DNA of 64,000 nucleotides. Source: Deltaproteobacteria bacterium RIFCSPLOWO2_12_FULL_60_19 (GTDB lineage Bacteria > Desulfobacterota > Binatia > UBA9968). The stretch spans positions 14,032 through 78,031 of the forward strand of contig MGSS01000144.1 of assembly GCA_001798595.1 (NCBI GenBank). The letters are read 5' to 3'. This document shows, in pieces, positions 19,346 through 28,813 of the stretch. The notes under the pieces were generated by a model that was not told the DNA's origin, did no database searches, and saw nothing but the letters and a program-made list of their open reading frames with translations. How positions within the stretch are numbered: position 1 is the stretch's first letter; every line of letters starts with the position of its first letter. The position numbers and the translations under genes were made by a program.

Positions 19346-20279
19346 GCAGGGCCTTCCACGCCGCGCCCTCGTGCCTGGGATCGACGAGCGGGCGCAACCG
19401 GGCGCAGTGGGACTTGAGCGTGCGATAAAAGCCGGGATCGGATTCGGCTTTTCGGAGCAGACGCGCCAGCTCACGCGCGTTCCCAACAGAAAAATAGCCG
19501 GGGTAGTCCTCGCCAAGCGTTCCCATCAGGCCGGGTATTCTCGACGCGACCACAGGCACGGACGACGCCAGCGCTTCGCACAGCACGTTGGAGCTGCCTT
19601 CCATGTGCGAGGTGAGCGCCAGCAGGTGGCTTTGAGCCAGCGCCCGTCGCGCTTTCCAATGGGGCAGCTCGCCGATCCAGCGATAGCGCGGATTGCGCGC
19701 CGCCTCCGCCCGCGCGCGTTTTTCCATTTCATTGCTGAGCGCGCGCCCTATATGGATGACTTGGACGCGGGACGAGGCGGGAAGACGACGCGCGGCCAAA
19801 GCCGTGCGGAGAGGATCTTTTTCCAGACGCATGTGGCCAATGACGCAGACTCTGAATCCGTTGCGGCTCGAAGGCGCTTTGCCGGTCAGCAGGGGCGCAG
19901 ATTGGTAAATGACTCGTGTCTTGGGGCGAAAACGTTTCGGCAACTCGGTGACACCTTGTGCCTGGAGCACGATCAGGCGGGTTGCCCACTCCAGAGACTT
20001 TCGCGCATTCGGATTTTTTCGGATATCGCGGTAGAGGTCGGTGCCGGTCAGCGTGACGATGAGCGGCAACGCCGGATGCAATCGGCGGAACAATTTGATG
20101 GATAGGAAGCTGCGCCGCGCGTGCAGCGCGATCATGAGATCGCACGGCTCGCCGCCATAGCGTTCTTCGAGGATCACGCGGTGGCCGAGAGCCGCGAGGA
20201 TGCGCCGCCAGCGCAGCGCGGTGATGCTGTTGCCGTTGCGGGCGGTGACGGGATAGGGCGTGATAAGCCGGATCTTCAT
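19299..20279 (-). CDS. senB: Selenosugar synthase SenB (TIGR04348-type glycosyltransferase)
   Basis: GNSITALRW, MIALHARRS, LTGTDLYRD, GHMRLEKDP, SHMEGSSNV.CEA, LGEDYPGYF; translationally coupled to senA. Confidence 0.88.
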   Translation of the reverse strand: MKIRLITPYPVTARNGNSITALRWRRILAALGHRVILEERYGGEPCDLMIALHARRSFLSIKLFRRLHPALPLIVTLTGTDLYRDIRKNPNARKSLEWATRLIVLQAQGVTELPKRFRPKTRVIYQSAPLLTGKAPSSRNGFRVCVIGHMRLEKDPLRTALAARRLPASSRVQVIHIGRALSNEMEKRARAEAARNPRYRWIGELPHWKARRALAQSHLLALTSHMEGSSNVLCEALASSVPVVASRIPGLMGTLGEDYPGYFSVGNARELARLLRKAESDPGFYRTLKSHCARLRPLVDPRHEGAAWKALLNELRVSTFSPTAAK

Positions 20280-21667
20280 CGTGCGCAGGTGCGGAAGCCG
20301 GCCCAGACGTCGTTCCGGTCAGGCGTGTAAAAGTTGCGCCAGGTGTTGCGGATGAGACGCGCGCGCGTCGCCCAGCAGCCGCCTCGAAGAACTTTGTGCG
20401 TGCCGAACCAGGGCTCGGAATATTCTTTGTAAGGATCGGCGACGAATCCCGGATAAGGGCCGAAGTCCGTCGCCGTCCACTCCCAAACATTGCCGATCAT
20501 TTGACGGCAGCCCGAGGCGCTGTCGCCATCGGCGAGCGCGGCGACTTCAACCGATCCCAAGGCGCGACCGTCGAGATTTGCCCGCTCAGGCGAGGGCGCT
20601 TCGTCTCCCCAGGGAAAGAGCCGCTTTCGGCCGGTAGCGGGTTCCGCAGCCGCGGCCGTTTCCCATTCCGCCTCGGTGGGCAAGCGCCGCTTCGCCCATT
20701 TGCAGTACGCGTCCGCTTCGTACCAATTGACATGGATGACGGGAATATGTTCCCGCAGTGGAACATAGCCGTCGAAAACGCGCTGCGTCCAGCGGCCGCC
20801 GTCTCGCCGCCAGTAAACCGGACGCTCCGCTTTTGCCGCCCGCGCAACGGGCGCGGACGCTTGCGGTTTGCCGAAAAACTTGGAGAAAGATTGCTCAAGC
20901 GCGGGAGAGCCGCCGGATTCAAGCCAGCGCCGGCCGTCGTCGCTCCAGAATTCTCGCCGCCGGTAGCCGCCGTCGTCAACAAAAGCGGCAAACTCTCTAT
21001 TCGTCACCGGCGCGCGCGCGATCCGAAACGGCTTCAGCTCGACCGGATGCGCCCATTTTTCGTTGTCGAAGACAAAAGGAAAATCGCGCGTCGCCCCGAG
21101 CATAAACGAGCCGCCGGGAATCTCGACGTCGCCGGGCAGGGGACCGCCGCCGGTCTGAAATTGTTCCTGGGCCACGGCGGGTTTCGGTGGAGGATATCCC
21201 AGGGTCTGTCTGGTGTAAGTGATCGCCTCGGCATGCATATCCTCATGAAAGACGACCAGAAGAGGAAAGTAGAGTTCCTGCGCGCCGGGCTGCCGTGAAT
21301 ACAAACACTCCGCGACGCAATCTAAAACCGTAGCCATGTATTCGAACGTCTTCTCCCGCGACGGCAGCAGGAGGTCCCAGCGTGTGTCATGGGCGACGTC
21401 GGTCGAGTTATAGAGCGCGTCCGCGCCTTCGACGAGCGGCTTCTGCTTGTAGAGCCGGCGCAAGAGCCAGAACTCCTGCGTCCATGCGACGTGGCCGATC
21501 TCCCAGAGCGGCGGGTTGACGATGGCAAGCCGCGGCCCGATCATCTGCTCGTCGCTCAGGTCGGCGACCAGCTCCAGCGTGCGGCCGCGCGCTTCGCGCA
21601 GCATCTCGATAAGCTGGGAGGCGGAAGGCCCCAAGTTGTCCTGCGAATGTCGGCTCGCCCGCGCCAT
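20276..21667 (-). CDS. senA: Selenoneine synthase SenA (EgtB homolog; DinB plus FGE-sulfatase domains)
   Basis: IVNPPLWEIGHVAW, FHEDMHAEA iron-binding His, FDNEKWAH, RLPTEAEWE, RNFYTPDRND.WAGFRTC. Confidence 0.88.
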   Translation of the reverse strand: MARASRHSQDNLGPSASQLIEMLREARGRTLELVADLSDEQMIGPRLAIVNPPLWEIGHVAWTQEFWLLRRLYKQKPLVEGADALYNSTDVAHDTRWDLLLPSREKTFEYMATVLDCVAECLYSRQPGAQELYFPLLVVFHEDMHAEAITYTRQTLGYPPPKPAVAQEQFQTGGGPLPGDVEIPGGSFMLGATRDFPFVFDNEKWAHPVELKPFRIARAPVTNREFAAFVDDGGYRRREFWSDDGRRWLESGGSPALEQSFSKFFGKPQASAPVARAAKAERPVYWRRDGGRWTQRVFDGYVPLREHIPVIHVNWYEADAYCKWAKRRLPTEAEWETAAAAEPATGRKRLFPWGDEAPSPERANLDGRALGSVEVAALADGDSASGCRQMIGNVWEWTATDFGPYPGFVADPYKEYSEPWFGTHKVLRGGCWATRARLIRNTWRNFYTPDRNDVWAGFRTCAR

Positions 21668-21742
21668 AGGATCAATTCTTACGCTGCTTAGGTTCGAGGA
21701 TCAAGAAGGGAGCGATTCTGTTTTTCTGGAAAAGCTAGGTTC

Positions 21743-21845
21743 GTCACTCCCGCAAAAGCGGAAGGCCAGGTCGTAAGACTCTGGATTCCCGTTTCAGCCT
21801 CAGGCTGATCCGTCCGAAGCCCAGTGGCGGATCCACGGGAATGAC
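21743..21845. repeat. dRS3/REP-like palindrome (GTCA.TCCCG...CTGGATTCCCG...CGGGAATGAC) with an internal insertion
   Basis: gtcactcccgcaaaagcggaaggccag...ctggattcccgt[insert]acgggaatgac. Confidence 0.75.
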
Positions 21846-21920
21846 AGTTAAAGTGCAAACTTCGCGACCGCGTCCAATGAACAAGTCTCGAACGGTATAT
21901 CGGAGAAGGGAAAGGGCTGC

Positions 21921-22739
21921 TCAAGCCGCCAAAAATTCCGCGGTGAGTCGCTCAAACTCCAACGCCGCGTCCCACTGAGCGAGATGTTTGCAGCGGTCGA
22001 GCAGATGCAGGTTGAGAGTGGGGAATCGCTCCTTGAGAAGGGCGGCCCGCGCGGCTGCTGAGCCTCGGTCCTGTTTGCCGTAGAGCATAAGCAGCGGCAC
22101 CGGCAGCTGGTGCAGCCGCTCCCAGATCGGGACATTGTCTTTTCTGCCGCCGCTCCTCGGGGCCTTGGCCCGCTCTAAGAAAGCTTGAAAATTTTTGCCT
22201 ACGCTCATCCGGTGGCGTTTTTCGAAAACTTCGGCGGTGATCAGCGAGTGATTGAAGAGATTCTGCTCCAATAGCGCGCGGGTCTCCGCCGGAGTCGGCT
22301 CCGAGGCGCCTCCCTCTTCGCCCTCGCCGGGGCCGCCCTTGCCGCCTTCGGGCAGCGGCGGCAGCACGCTGCCGGTGGCGAGGACGACGACTTTGCCGAT
22401 CCGATCGGTGTGATCGAAGGCGAGGCCTACCGCCATGCCGCCGGCTTGCGAGTGGCCGACGAGATGCGCTTTGCGGATTCCTAGCGTATCCATAAACTGG
22501 AGGATGAAACGGCGCCGGTAAGCCACGGAATAGTCCTTCGGGTTGTCGGTCAGGCCGAATCCGGGCTGGTCGAAGGCGACGGCTCTGAGACGGTGGCTCG
22601 CAAGCGGGGCGAGATTGCGCTCCCAGACATCGGCGGAGGAGCCGAGCGACGCGCCGTGAAGCAGCAAGACTTCGGGGCCGCTTCCTTCTTCGAGGTAGCG
22701 TGTTTTCAACCCATCGACTTTAATAAGTCTCTCAGCCAT
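21921..22739 (-). CDS. Alpha/beta hydrolase
   Basis: LLLHG, DQPGFG, GHSQAG nucleophile elbow, C-terminal His. Confidence 0.9.
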   Translation of the reverse strand: MAERLIKVDGLKTRYLEEGSGPEVLLLHGASLGSSADVWERNLAPLASHRLRAVAFDQPGFGLTDNPKDYSVAYRRRFILQFMDTLGIRKAHLVGHSQAGGMAVGLAFDHTDRIGKVVVLATGSVLPPLPEGGKGGPGEGEEGGASEPTPAETRALLEQNLFNHSLITAEVFEKRHRMSVGKNFQAFLERAKAPRSGGRKDNVPIWERLHQLPVPLLMLYGKQDRGSAAARAALLKERFPTLNLHLLDRCKHLAQWDAALEFERLTAEFLAA

Positions 22740-22764
22740 AAGATCGCTTCGCGTATATTTCGGG

Positions 22765-23571
22765 TTACGCGTCCGAGACGTCGATCAAGACTCCGTCAGG
22801 ATCGGCGAGATGATATTTGCCGAAGGGACAACTGGCCTGGAACAGCTTCAGCCTGGCTGCCCCTTCGGGTCCGCCGCCCACCGGGCTGGGCGACAACCTT
22901 GGATTTCGTCCGATCAAGTTCTCCAGGTCCTTCTTGAACCCCTCTACGCTCTCGACCTTGAAACCGATATGTTCCGGCGCGGGCCGCTCGATCCCAGATC
23001 CCTGATAATCGTTGATGTTCCAGGGCATGACGATGAGGGTCACCCGGCCGTCGGACAAATAAGAATTAGGGTCCCCCGCGGGTTTTTCCTGAGGCCGCAG
23101 CTCGAACACGTCAACGTAAAATTGCGCCAGCGTCTCCGGCATGACCGTTCTCAGTCCGAAATGATGGATGGTGCGGTCCTGCTTCCAATCCCCGTCTTCG
23201 TAGACGTCTCGCCTGTTTTCCATTCCCTTCTGTGAAAGATCGAAGACGTTTCCCGCCGGATCGTGCGTGCTCAAGCCGGCAAACGGTCTGTTGCCGGGGC
23301 GCTTGAGCACGTTGACCGCCGGGTACCTGGCTTTCATTCGCCCCAATACCGTCTCGACATCGTCCACCTCGAAGCCGAAATGGTCGAAGCCCGCCTGCCG
23401 CCCGGCCCGGCGCGGGTTAATGTTCATGCCGACGTATCCGTCGCCGACCACGACGGCGCTTTCGGGTTTCGCGTTCGGCGAAGTTCTCAAGCGAAATAAA
23501 GCTTCATAGAAGCGCCCCATGAGCGCATAATTTTCGCTGGCAATCGCCATGTGCTTGATCTGTGCAAACAT
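22765..23571 (-). CDS. VOC/glyoxalase-family protein with two domains
   Basis: IKHMAI, DHFGFEVDD, DPAGNVFDLS, HIGFKVES, DPDGVLIDVS. Confidence 0.85.
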   Translation of the reverse strand: MFAQIKHMAIASENYALMGRFYEALFRLRTSPNAKPESAVVVGDGYVGMNINPRRAGRQAGFDHFGFEVDDVETVLGRMKARYPAVNVLKRPGNRPFAGLSTHDPAGNVFDLSQKGMENRRDVYEDGDWKQDRTIHHFGLRTVMPETLAQFYVDVFELRPQEKPAGDPNSYLSDGRVTLIVMPWNINDYQGSGIERPAPEHIGFKVESVEGFKKDLENLIGRNPRLSPSPVGGGPEGAARLKLFQASCPFGKYHLADPDGVLIDVSDA

Positions 23572-23617
23572 AAGTATCTCCTCGCTTTGCCGGGTTGGTA
23601 TAGGGTTGGATTCTCCC

Positions 23618-24766
23618 TCAGACGCTTCCTTTCGTCAAGCTCTTTTCTAGCAGGTCCATCCAGGGCCGCAATTCTTTAGCCCAGGGCTCGTGCTGGCGCT
23701 GCGCCGCGTAGCAGAAGGCGGCGGCGAAGGGAAAGCGCTGCGCGCGGCTGACGCGCAAGCCGCAGGTCTTATCCTTCCGCCGGTTGATACCCTCGCAGAA
23801 TTCACGAATCGCCCGCCAGTAGGGAAGAGGAGTTTCCCCGAAGCGCTCCCGGATGATCCGCTCCCAGCTCTGTTCGGGATCGTAAGCCGCGGGGTGCGCC
23901 GCGTAGTCGAAGCAGGTGGCGAGCGGAAGGAAGCTCAACGATTCCTGCAGCAGCGGGTTATTGAGGTAGCCATAGACGGCCTCCGGCAGGCGCGCGTCGC
24001 GCCCGGTGAGCGGGCTCAAGTGTATCTCTTCTTTCATGGAAAGGTCGTTGACCGGATAGTTGTCCCACAGGATGAGACGGCGCTTCAGCCGTTCGGCGAT
24101 CTTGCGAGCGTGGGACAGGCTGATCTCTTTCGCCACCACGCGCGCGCCGGTCCAGAAACAGGCGACGGAGGCTGGAAGGTATTCCGCCAGAGTTTCGAGG
24201 AAGGCGGGTTCGAACCTGCCGAACATACGGGCGAGAAGCGGATCGTCCGTGTAGTAGGAGGGACAGATCCACCATTCCACGTCGCGCCAGGCGGAGGGCT
24301 GCCGGTCGATGACGCTTGTCAGCCATGTGCCCTCAGCTTGCGCCAGGCTGTCCTTAAATAGTGTTCGGTCGCGCGCCAGTTGCAGGCGTGATGGAATATC
24401 GTCGAAGAGAATCGCGAAAGTCCGCACCCCGGCGTCGTAGAAGCGCCGCGCCTTTTCGAGCAGAATGCGGACCGGTTGATCGTCGCTGAAGGTAAGTCCT
24501 TTCCCAGGATGGAAGCCGTAAACAAAGTCGATCTTGCAGGCCTCTGCCGCGCAAATCAGACCAACAAGCTCGTTCCATTGATCCTTGGGGTAGGGGAGCC
24601 GCCATTTTTCCCGGTGGTAGGGGTCGTCTTTGGGCGCGTACAAGTAAGTGTTCATGCCGCGCGCCGCGCCGAATTCGAAGACGGCCTTGCGGTGAGCCAT
24701 GCTCCAGGGCGGGCCGAAGAATCCTTCGACGATGCCCCGGCGTTCAAAGGTGAGATTGGGATTCAC
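23618..24766 (-). CDS. GH84 beta-N-acetylglucosaminidase (O-GlcNAcase-like)
   Basis: RGIVEGFFGPPWS, YLYAPKDDPYHR.KWR, catalytic LFDDI, WTG..V, LWDNYPVND. Confidence 0.9.
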   Translation of the reverse strand: MNPNLTFERRGIVEGFFGPPWSMAHRKAVFEFGAARGMNTYLYAPKDDPYHREKWRLPYPKDQWNELVGLICAAEACKIDFVYGFHPGKGLTFSDDQPVRILLEKARRFYDAGVRTFAILFDDIPSRLQLARDRTLFKDSLAQAEGTWLTSVIDRQPSAWRDVEWWICPSYYTDDPLLARMFGRFEPAFLETLAEYLPASVACFWTGARVVAKEISLSHARKIAERLKRRLILWDNYPVNDLSMKEEIHLSPLTGRDARLPEAVYGYLNNPLLQESLSFLPLATCFDYAAHPAAYDPEQSWERIIRERFGETPLPYWRAIREFCEGINRRKDKTCGLRVSRAQRFPFAAAFCYAAQRQHEPWAKELRPWMDLLEKSLTKGSV

Positions 24767-24916
24767 GTTGATTCAACCTCTGCGTAGCACGGCGTCGGGA
24801 AGCGCACAAGCGGAAATGCGGGCGGGAGCCGCCTCCGCACGAGCGATTCGGTTGCGAAGCTGTGCGGCATTGCGTAATATCCGAAGAATTACCGACGATT
24901 TCACGAATCAAGCACG

Positions 24917-25540
24917 ATGCTGCTATTTCTCAAAGGCTTTGCTATCGGGCTCATGGTGGCCGTGCCGGTCGGACCGATCGGCTTGTTATGCGTCAACCGC
25001 GCGCTGTTCAAAGGAGCGGCCTACGGCTTGCTCTCCGGCCTGGGTGTCGCCACGGCCGACGCCATCGCCGCCGGCATCGCGGTTTTGGGCTTGACGCTGG
25101 TTTCGGGTTTTCTGCTCGAGCAGCAACTATGGCTTCGTCTGATCGGCGGCTTTTTCTTGTGCTATCTTGGGGTCAAAATCTTCAGCACGACGCCGATGGA
25201 GCGGGCCGCGTCGGCTAAGGATAACAGTTTGGTCGGCGCCTATGTCTCGACGTTCCTTCTCACCTTCAGCAATCCGCTGACCATTCTGTCCTTCGTGGCA
25301 ATCTACGCCGGTTGGGGGGTCGAAGAACTCAGCGGGCGCTATTTCGCGGCGCTGGAACTGACCGCCGGGGTGTTCGCCGGCTCTTCGGCGTGGTGGTTCG
25401 GTCTTTGCGGCGGGATGCCGGCGTTCCGGCTGATGTTCAGCCATCAGGGGCTTGAATGGATCCACAAAGTGTCGGGGGCGCTCATCGCCGGCTTTGGGTT
25501 CGTCGTTCTGCTCAGCCTGCTGCAGCGGGGCGGAGGATAG
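24917..25540 (+). CDS. LysE/RhtB-family translocator
   Basis: AVPVGPIGLLC, GLGVATAD, FLLTFSNPLTI. Confidence 0.9.
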   Translation: MLLFLKGFAIGLMVAVPVGPIGLLCVNRALFKGAAYGLLSGLGVATADAIAAGIAVLGLTLVSGFLLEQQLWLRLIGGFFLCYLGVKIFSTTPMERAASAKDNSLVGAYVSTFLLTFSNPLTILSFVAIYAGWGVEELSGRYFAALELTAGVFAGSSAWWFGLCGGMPAFRLMFSHQGLEWIHKVSGALIAGFGFVVLLSLLQRGGG

Positions 25541-25549
25541 GAGAGGGCG

Positions 25550-26527
25550 GTGAGTGTGAATGCCCTGGCATCAGAGCGACCCGGCAGTTTGGCCACTGCA
25601 ATTCCGACAACGCTCAATCTTTGCCTCGCGGCGGCACACCTGCTGGCCAGTCTCTATCAGTTGTTTATTCTGCCTCTTTTTCTCTTGCCCGCGAGCTCGT
25701 GGTGGCTCTTGACGCTGGTGCCGCTGGCCGCGCTTAACAATCCTTTCTGGAGCCTGATCCACGAGGCGATTCACGACATGTTCCATCCCTCTCGCCGCGT
25801 GAGCCGGACAGCGGGCCGGACGCTGGGAATCTTCTTCGGCGCGCCGTTTCTGGTATTGCGCTTGAGCCATCTGCTCCACCACAAGCTCAACCGCACGCCG
25901 GTGGAAGCGACCGAGCCGTACGACCCGGCGAAAACATCCAAGGCGCGCGCGGCTTGCGGATACTTCTTCCAGGTTCTAGGCGGGCTGTATCTATTGGAGT
26001 TTATCAGCCCGTGGCTCTTCTTCTTGTTCCGCCGCACGCTTCACGCAATGGAGCGCAAGCGTTTTTCCGGCAACGACCTACCGGGCCACTTGATGAGAGG
26101 ATTGATGCGCGACGAAGCGATCACGGAGATGCGAATCGACGGCGCGCTGATTCTCGTTCTGTTCGCGCTCAGCGCGCTCAGCTACGGCGCCTACTGGCCG
26201 TGGCTGGTCGCCGCGCTCCTCGCGCGCGCTTTTCTCATTTCTTTTCTCGACAACGTCTATCACTACGGAACGCCGATCAACGACATTTTTTACGCCCGAA
26301 ATCTCTTTCTGTCGCCGCCGCTTTCCGCAGGGCTGCTCTATTTCAACCTGCACGGCATCCATCACAAAAATCCCTCCATCCCCTGGATCGGGCTTCCCGA
26401 CGCATTTCGCAAACAGGAGGCGGTGTTCGAGGGGACCTATTTTACCGCCGCGCTCGACCAGTTGGCCGGGCCGATTCCGTTATCCGAGCTTCCCGGCGCC
26501 GCGGCAGCCAGTGGCGGCCCAGCTTAA
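25550..26527 (+). CDS. Fatty acid desaturase-family membrane di-iron protein
   Basis: His boxes HEAIH, HLLHH, HGIHH. Confidence 0.88.
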   Translation: MSVNALASERPGSLATAIPTTLNLCLAAAHLLASLYQLFILPLFLLPASSWWLLTLVPLAALNNPFWSLIHEAIHDMFHPSRRVSRTAGRTLGIFFGAPFLVLRLSHLLHHKLNRTPVEATEPYDPAKTSKARAACGYFFQVLGGLYLLEFISPWLFFLFRRTLHAMERKRFSGNDLPGHLMRGLMRDEAITEMRIDGALILVLFALSALSYGAYWPWLVAALLARAFLISFLDNVYHYGTPINDIFYARNLFLSPPLSAGLLYFNLHGIHHKNPSIPWIGLPDAFRKQEAVFEGTYFTAALDQLAGPIPLSELPGAAAASGGPA

Positions 26528-26587
26528 CGGATACAAGGCGAGCCGGGGCGAAGAAGGCGAGCCTCTGAGGCGGACGTTTTAGTTCGC

Positions 26588-27712
26588 CTACGGCTTCTTC
26601 AGCACCTCGTCGATCACTTTAAACGCCCCTTGGAGTTCTCTGAACTCAGGACGATAAACGGACATGAATCTGTCGCCCGGCTTGGGCTTGTAAGGCTCGA
26701 CTGTAGGATCCGGAGGGACATCGTCCCTTAAGCTGAACACGGGATCGATGCGCAAAAAATGCTTCTGGAAATGAGTCTGGCCTTCGCGGGAAAGAAGCCA
26801 GTTGACGAGTACCTTCGTCGCGCGGGGATGGGGGAGCTGGCTCAGGATGCTGAGCGACCCCTGAGTGGCGCGCATATAGAGCCCTTCCTTGAACGCCCGC
26901 GGCTCGAAGCGGGCCAAAGGCAGCCCTTGGGTCATGCCTGCCTGAACGTCGCTGGCGGACGGCGCCAGGGCGATGGCGAACCTGCCTGCGGCGAGCCAGT
27001 CGACAATCTGGCGGCCGTCTCGTGACAGCGTGATGTCCATCTCCCCGAAGAGCCGTCTCAAGAACTTGCCGCCCAGCTCCGGATGGTAGTACGCAAACTG
27101 AAGCAGTCCGCTGGGAAACCCCGCCAGCTTGGGATCCATCGAAACGATTTTCCCTTTCCACGCGGGCTTAAGCAGATCCCAATAGGAGCTGAACTCCTTC
27201 GCGTTCACGAGCGTAGTGTTGTAAGCCATATCCGAGCGGACCACTCCCTCAAAGACGAAGATGTACTTGCCCTCAGGATCGGCGTAGTGATGTTGCTTCC
27301 CGAACCAGTTTGCCTGGTCTTTAACCTCCGGCAAGCTCATGAAAGCCTGAGTCGGCTCCAGAATCTTGGCCGGGTAGAGAACGTCCATGGGAGTTCCCGA
27401 TGAGCCGAGATATATGTCGGCGAGGTGTTTGCCGGCTCTCCTTTCCGCCATGATCCTCGAGATCAGCTCGCCTCCTCGTCCTGTCACCGACACGACCTTG
27501 ATCGCGGGGTAACGCTTGGAGAACTCGGCGAAGAGCTTATCGAACGGGCCCCGGGTGTGGTAGATGGTGACCTGCCCTTCTCTTTTGGCCGCCTCGACAG
27601 TCTCCTCCCATTCCGCTTGCCATGCCTGGCTGGCCTCGCCGGCATGCGCAAAGGTCAGCCAGGCGAAAAAAAACAATCCGCAAATCAACGCTACGCAGCC
27701 TGGAGATCTCAT
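26588..27712 (-). CDS. ABC extracellular solute-binding protein (Fe3+/polyamine-type), orphan
   Basis: Signal peptide, AAKREGQVTIY, YNTTLV, WDLLKPAWKGKI, PHPRATKVLVNWLLSREGQ. Confidence 0.85.
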   Translation of the reverse strand: MRSPGCVALICGLFFFAWLTFAHAGEASQAWQAEWEETVEAAKREGQVTIYHTRGPFDKLFAEFSKRYPAIKVVSVTGRGGELISRIMAERRAGKHLADIYLGSSGTPMDVLYPAKILEPTQAFMSLPEVKDQANWFGKQHHYADPEGKYIFVFEGVVRSDMAYNTTLVNAKEFSSYWDLLKPAWKGKIVSMDPKLAGFPSGLLQFAYYHPELGGKFLRRLFGEMDITLSRDGRQIVDWLAAGRFAIALAPSASDVQAGMTQGLPLARFEPRAFKEGLYMRATQGSLSILSQLPHPRATKVLVNWLLSREGQTHFQKHFLRIDPVFSLRDDVPPDPTVEPYKPKPGDRFMSVYRPEFRELQGAFKVIDEVLKKP

Positions 27713-27741
27713 GAGCGCTTCCTCTCTTTCTTTACCTAACA

Positions 27742-28813
27742 CGTAGGGGGTCAGACATTTAATTATTTATTTTCTTCGTCTTGCGTTCCTCAGACCCTCT
27801 GTCAAATCCTCCACGCTTTGTCTCAAACCAGCTTCTTTCGTCATTCGCTCTCTCAATCCCTTTAGGCCCAGGCTCAGGGAGACTTGGTCTCGGCCATATC
27901 GCTTGGCCACATCACTAAGCTTTATCCCTCCCAGTTCCTGCCCCAGGTAGGCTACAACCATCCTGCCAAACGATCCGCGACGGTCCTTGCTCTTGGAGCG
28001 CAGGAGCTCGGGGGATAGCCCGTAGCGACCACACGCCGCTTCCTCGATGTCCGCAAGGTCGATTCGGATTGCCTGAGACGGTTCCTTTTCTATCCTACTA
28101 CTTACCCGCTCCACAAACTGCTCATCTCCCAAATACCGCTGCTCCTTAGTGGCGTAGAGATCCTCCCGATGTCCCTCAGATATGCCCTCCAATACAAATT
28201 CCTTGTATCTCCTTACCGCCTGCGAGCGCCTGGGTGAAAACTGGCTCAAAATCAAATCGGTCTCGATATCTACCTCAACCTTCAAGGGCTTACCCAAATA
28301 ACGACGGTGGCTGCTCCACGGATACTCTGATGGCTCCTTCACAAGCTTGGAGCGAACCGGATTCAAATGCAGATAGCGCACTAACTCCAGCAGATAGGAG
28401 TCCCGGTCGCAGAGAATCGCCTTGTAGCGGCCCTGAAAGAGGTGGCCCACCAGCCCGTATTTGCGGTTGAAATAGAGCGTGTAGCTCTGCTGCAGCCCCT
28501 GCATGACCTTGGCCAGCGGCGTCAGGCACGCTTCGACGAGCAAGTGAACGTGATTGGCCATTAACACGTAGGCGTACAGCCGAAAACGATACCGTTTCTG
28601 ATACCGGCTGAGCAACTCAAGGTAGCGGGCGCGGTCAAGATCGGAACGAAAGATCTTCTGGCGCTGATTGCCGCGAGCAATCACATGGTAGAGGCCGCCA
28701 GGGAAGTGGACTCGGGGCTTTCGTGCCATGGCTTGGGCCATACCACGAGGCAAGCGTACGATGCAAGAATTAAATAATTAAATGTCTGACCCCTACGATG
28801 TCTGACCCCTACG
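27742..28813. mobile_element. RAYT element 1 with terminal inverted repeats
   Basis: GGGGTCAGACATTTAATTATTTA (27747-27769) and its perfect inverse (28771-28793); the right end carries a 16-bp tandem duplication ATGTCTGACCCCTACG. Confidence 0.8.
27767..28729 (-). CDS. REP-associated tyrosine transposase (HuH/Y1) with C-terminal HTH extension
   Basis: MARKPR...YHVIARGN, HuH LMANHVHLL, GHLFQGRY, YLHLNPVR, YPWSS. Confidence 0.93.
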   Translation of the reverse strand: MARKPRVHFPGGLYHVIARGNQRQKIFRSDLDRARYLELLSRYQKRYRFRLYAYVLMANHVHLLVEACLTPLAKVMQGLQQSYTLYFNRKYGLVGHLFQGRYKAILCDRDSYLLELVRYLHLNPVRSKLVKEPSEYPWSSHRRYLGKPLKVEVDIETDLILSQFSPRRSQAVRRYKEFVLEGISEGHREDLYATKEQRYLGDEQFVERVSSRIEKEPSQAIRIDLADIEEAACGRYGLSPELLRSKSKDRRGSFGRMVVAYLGQELGGIKLSDVAKRYGRDQVSLSLGLKGLRERMTKEAGLRQSVEDLTEGLRNARRRK

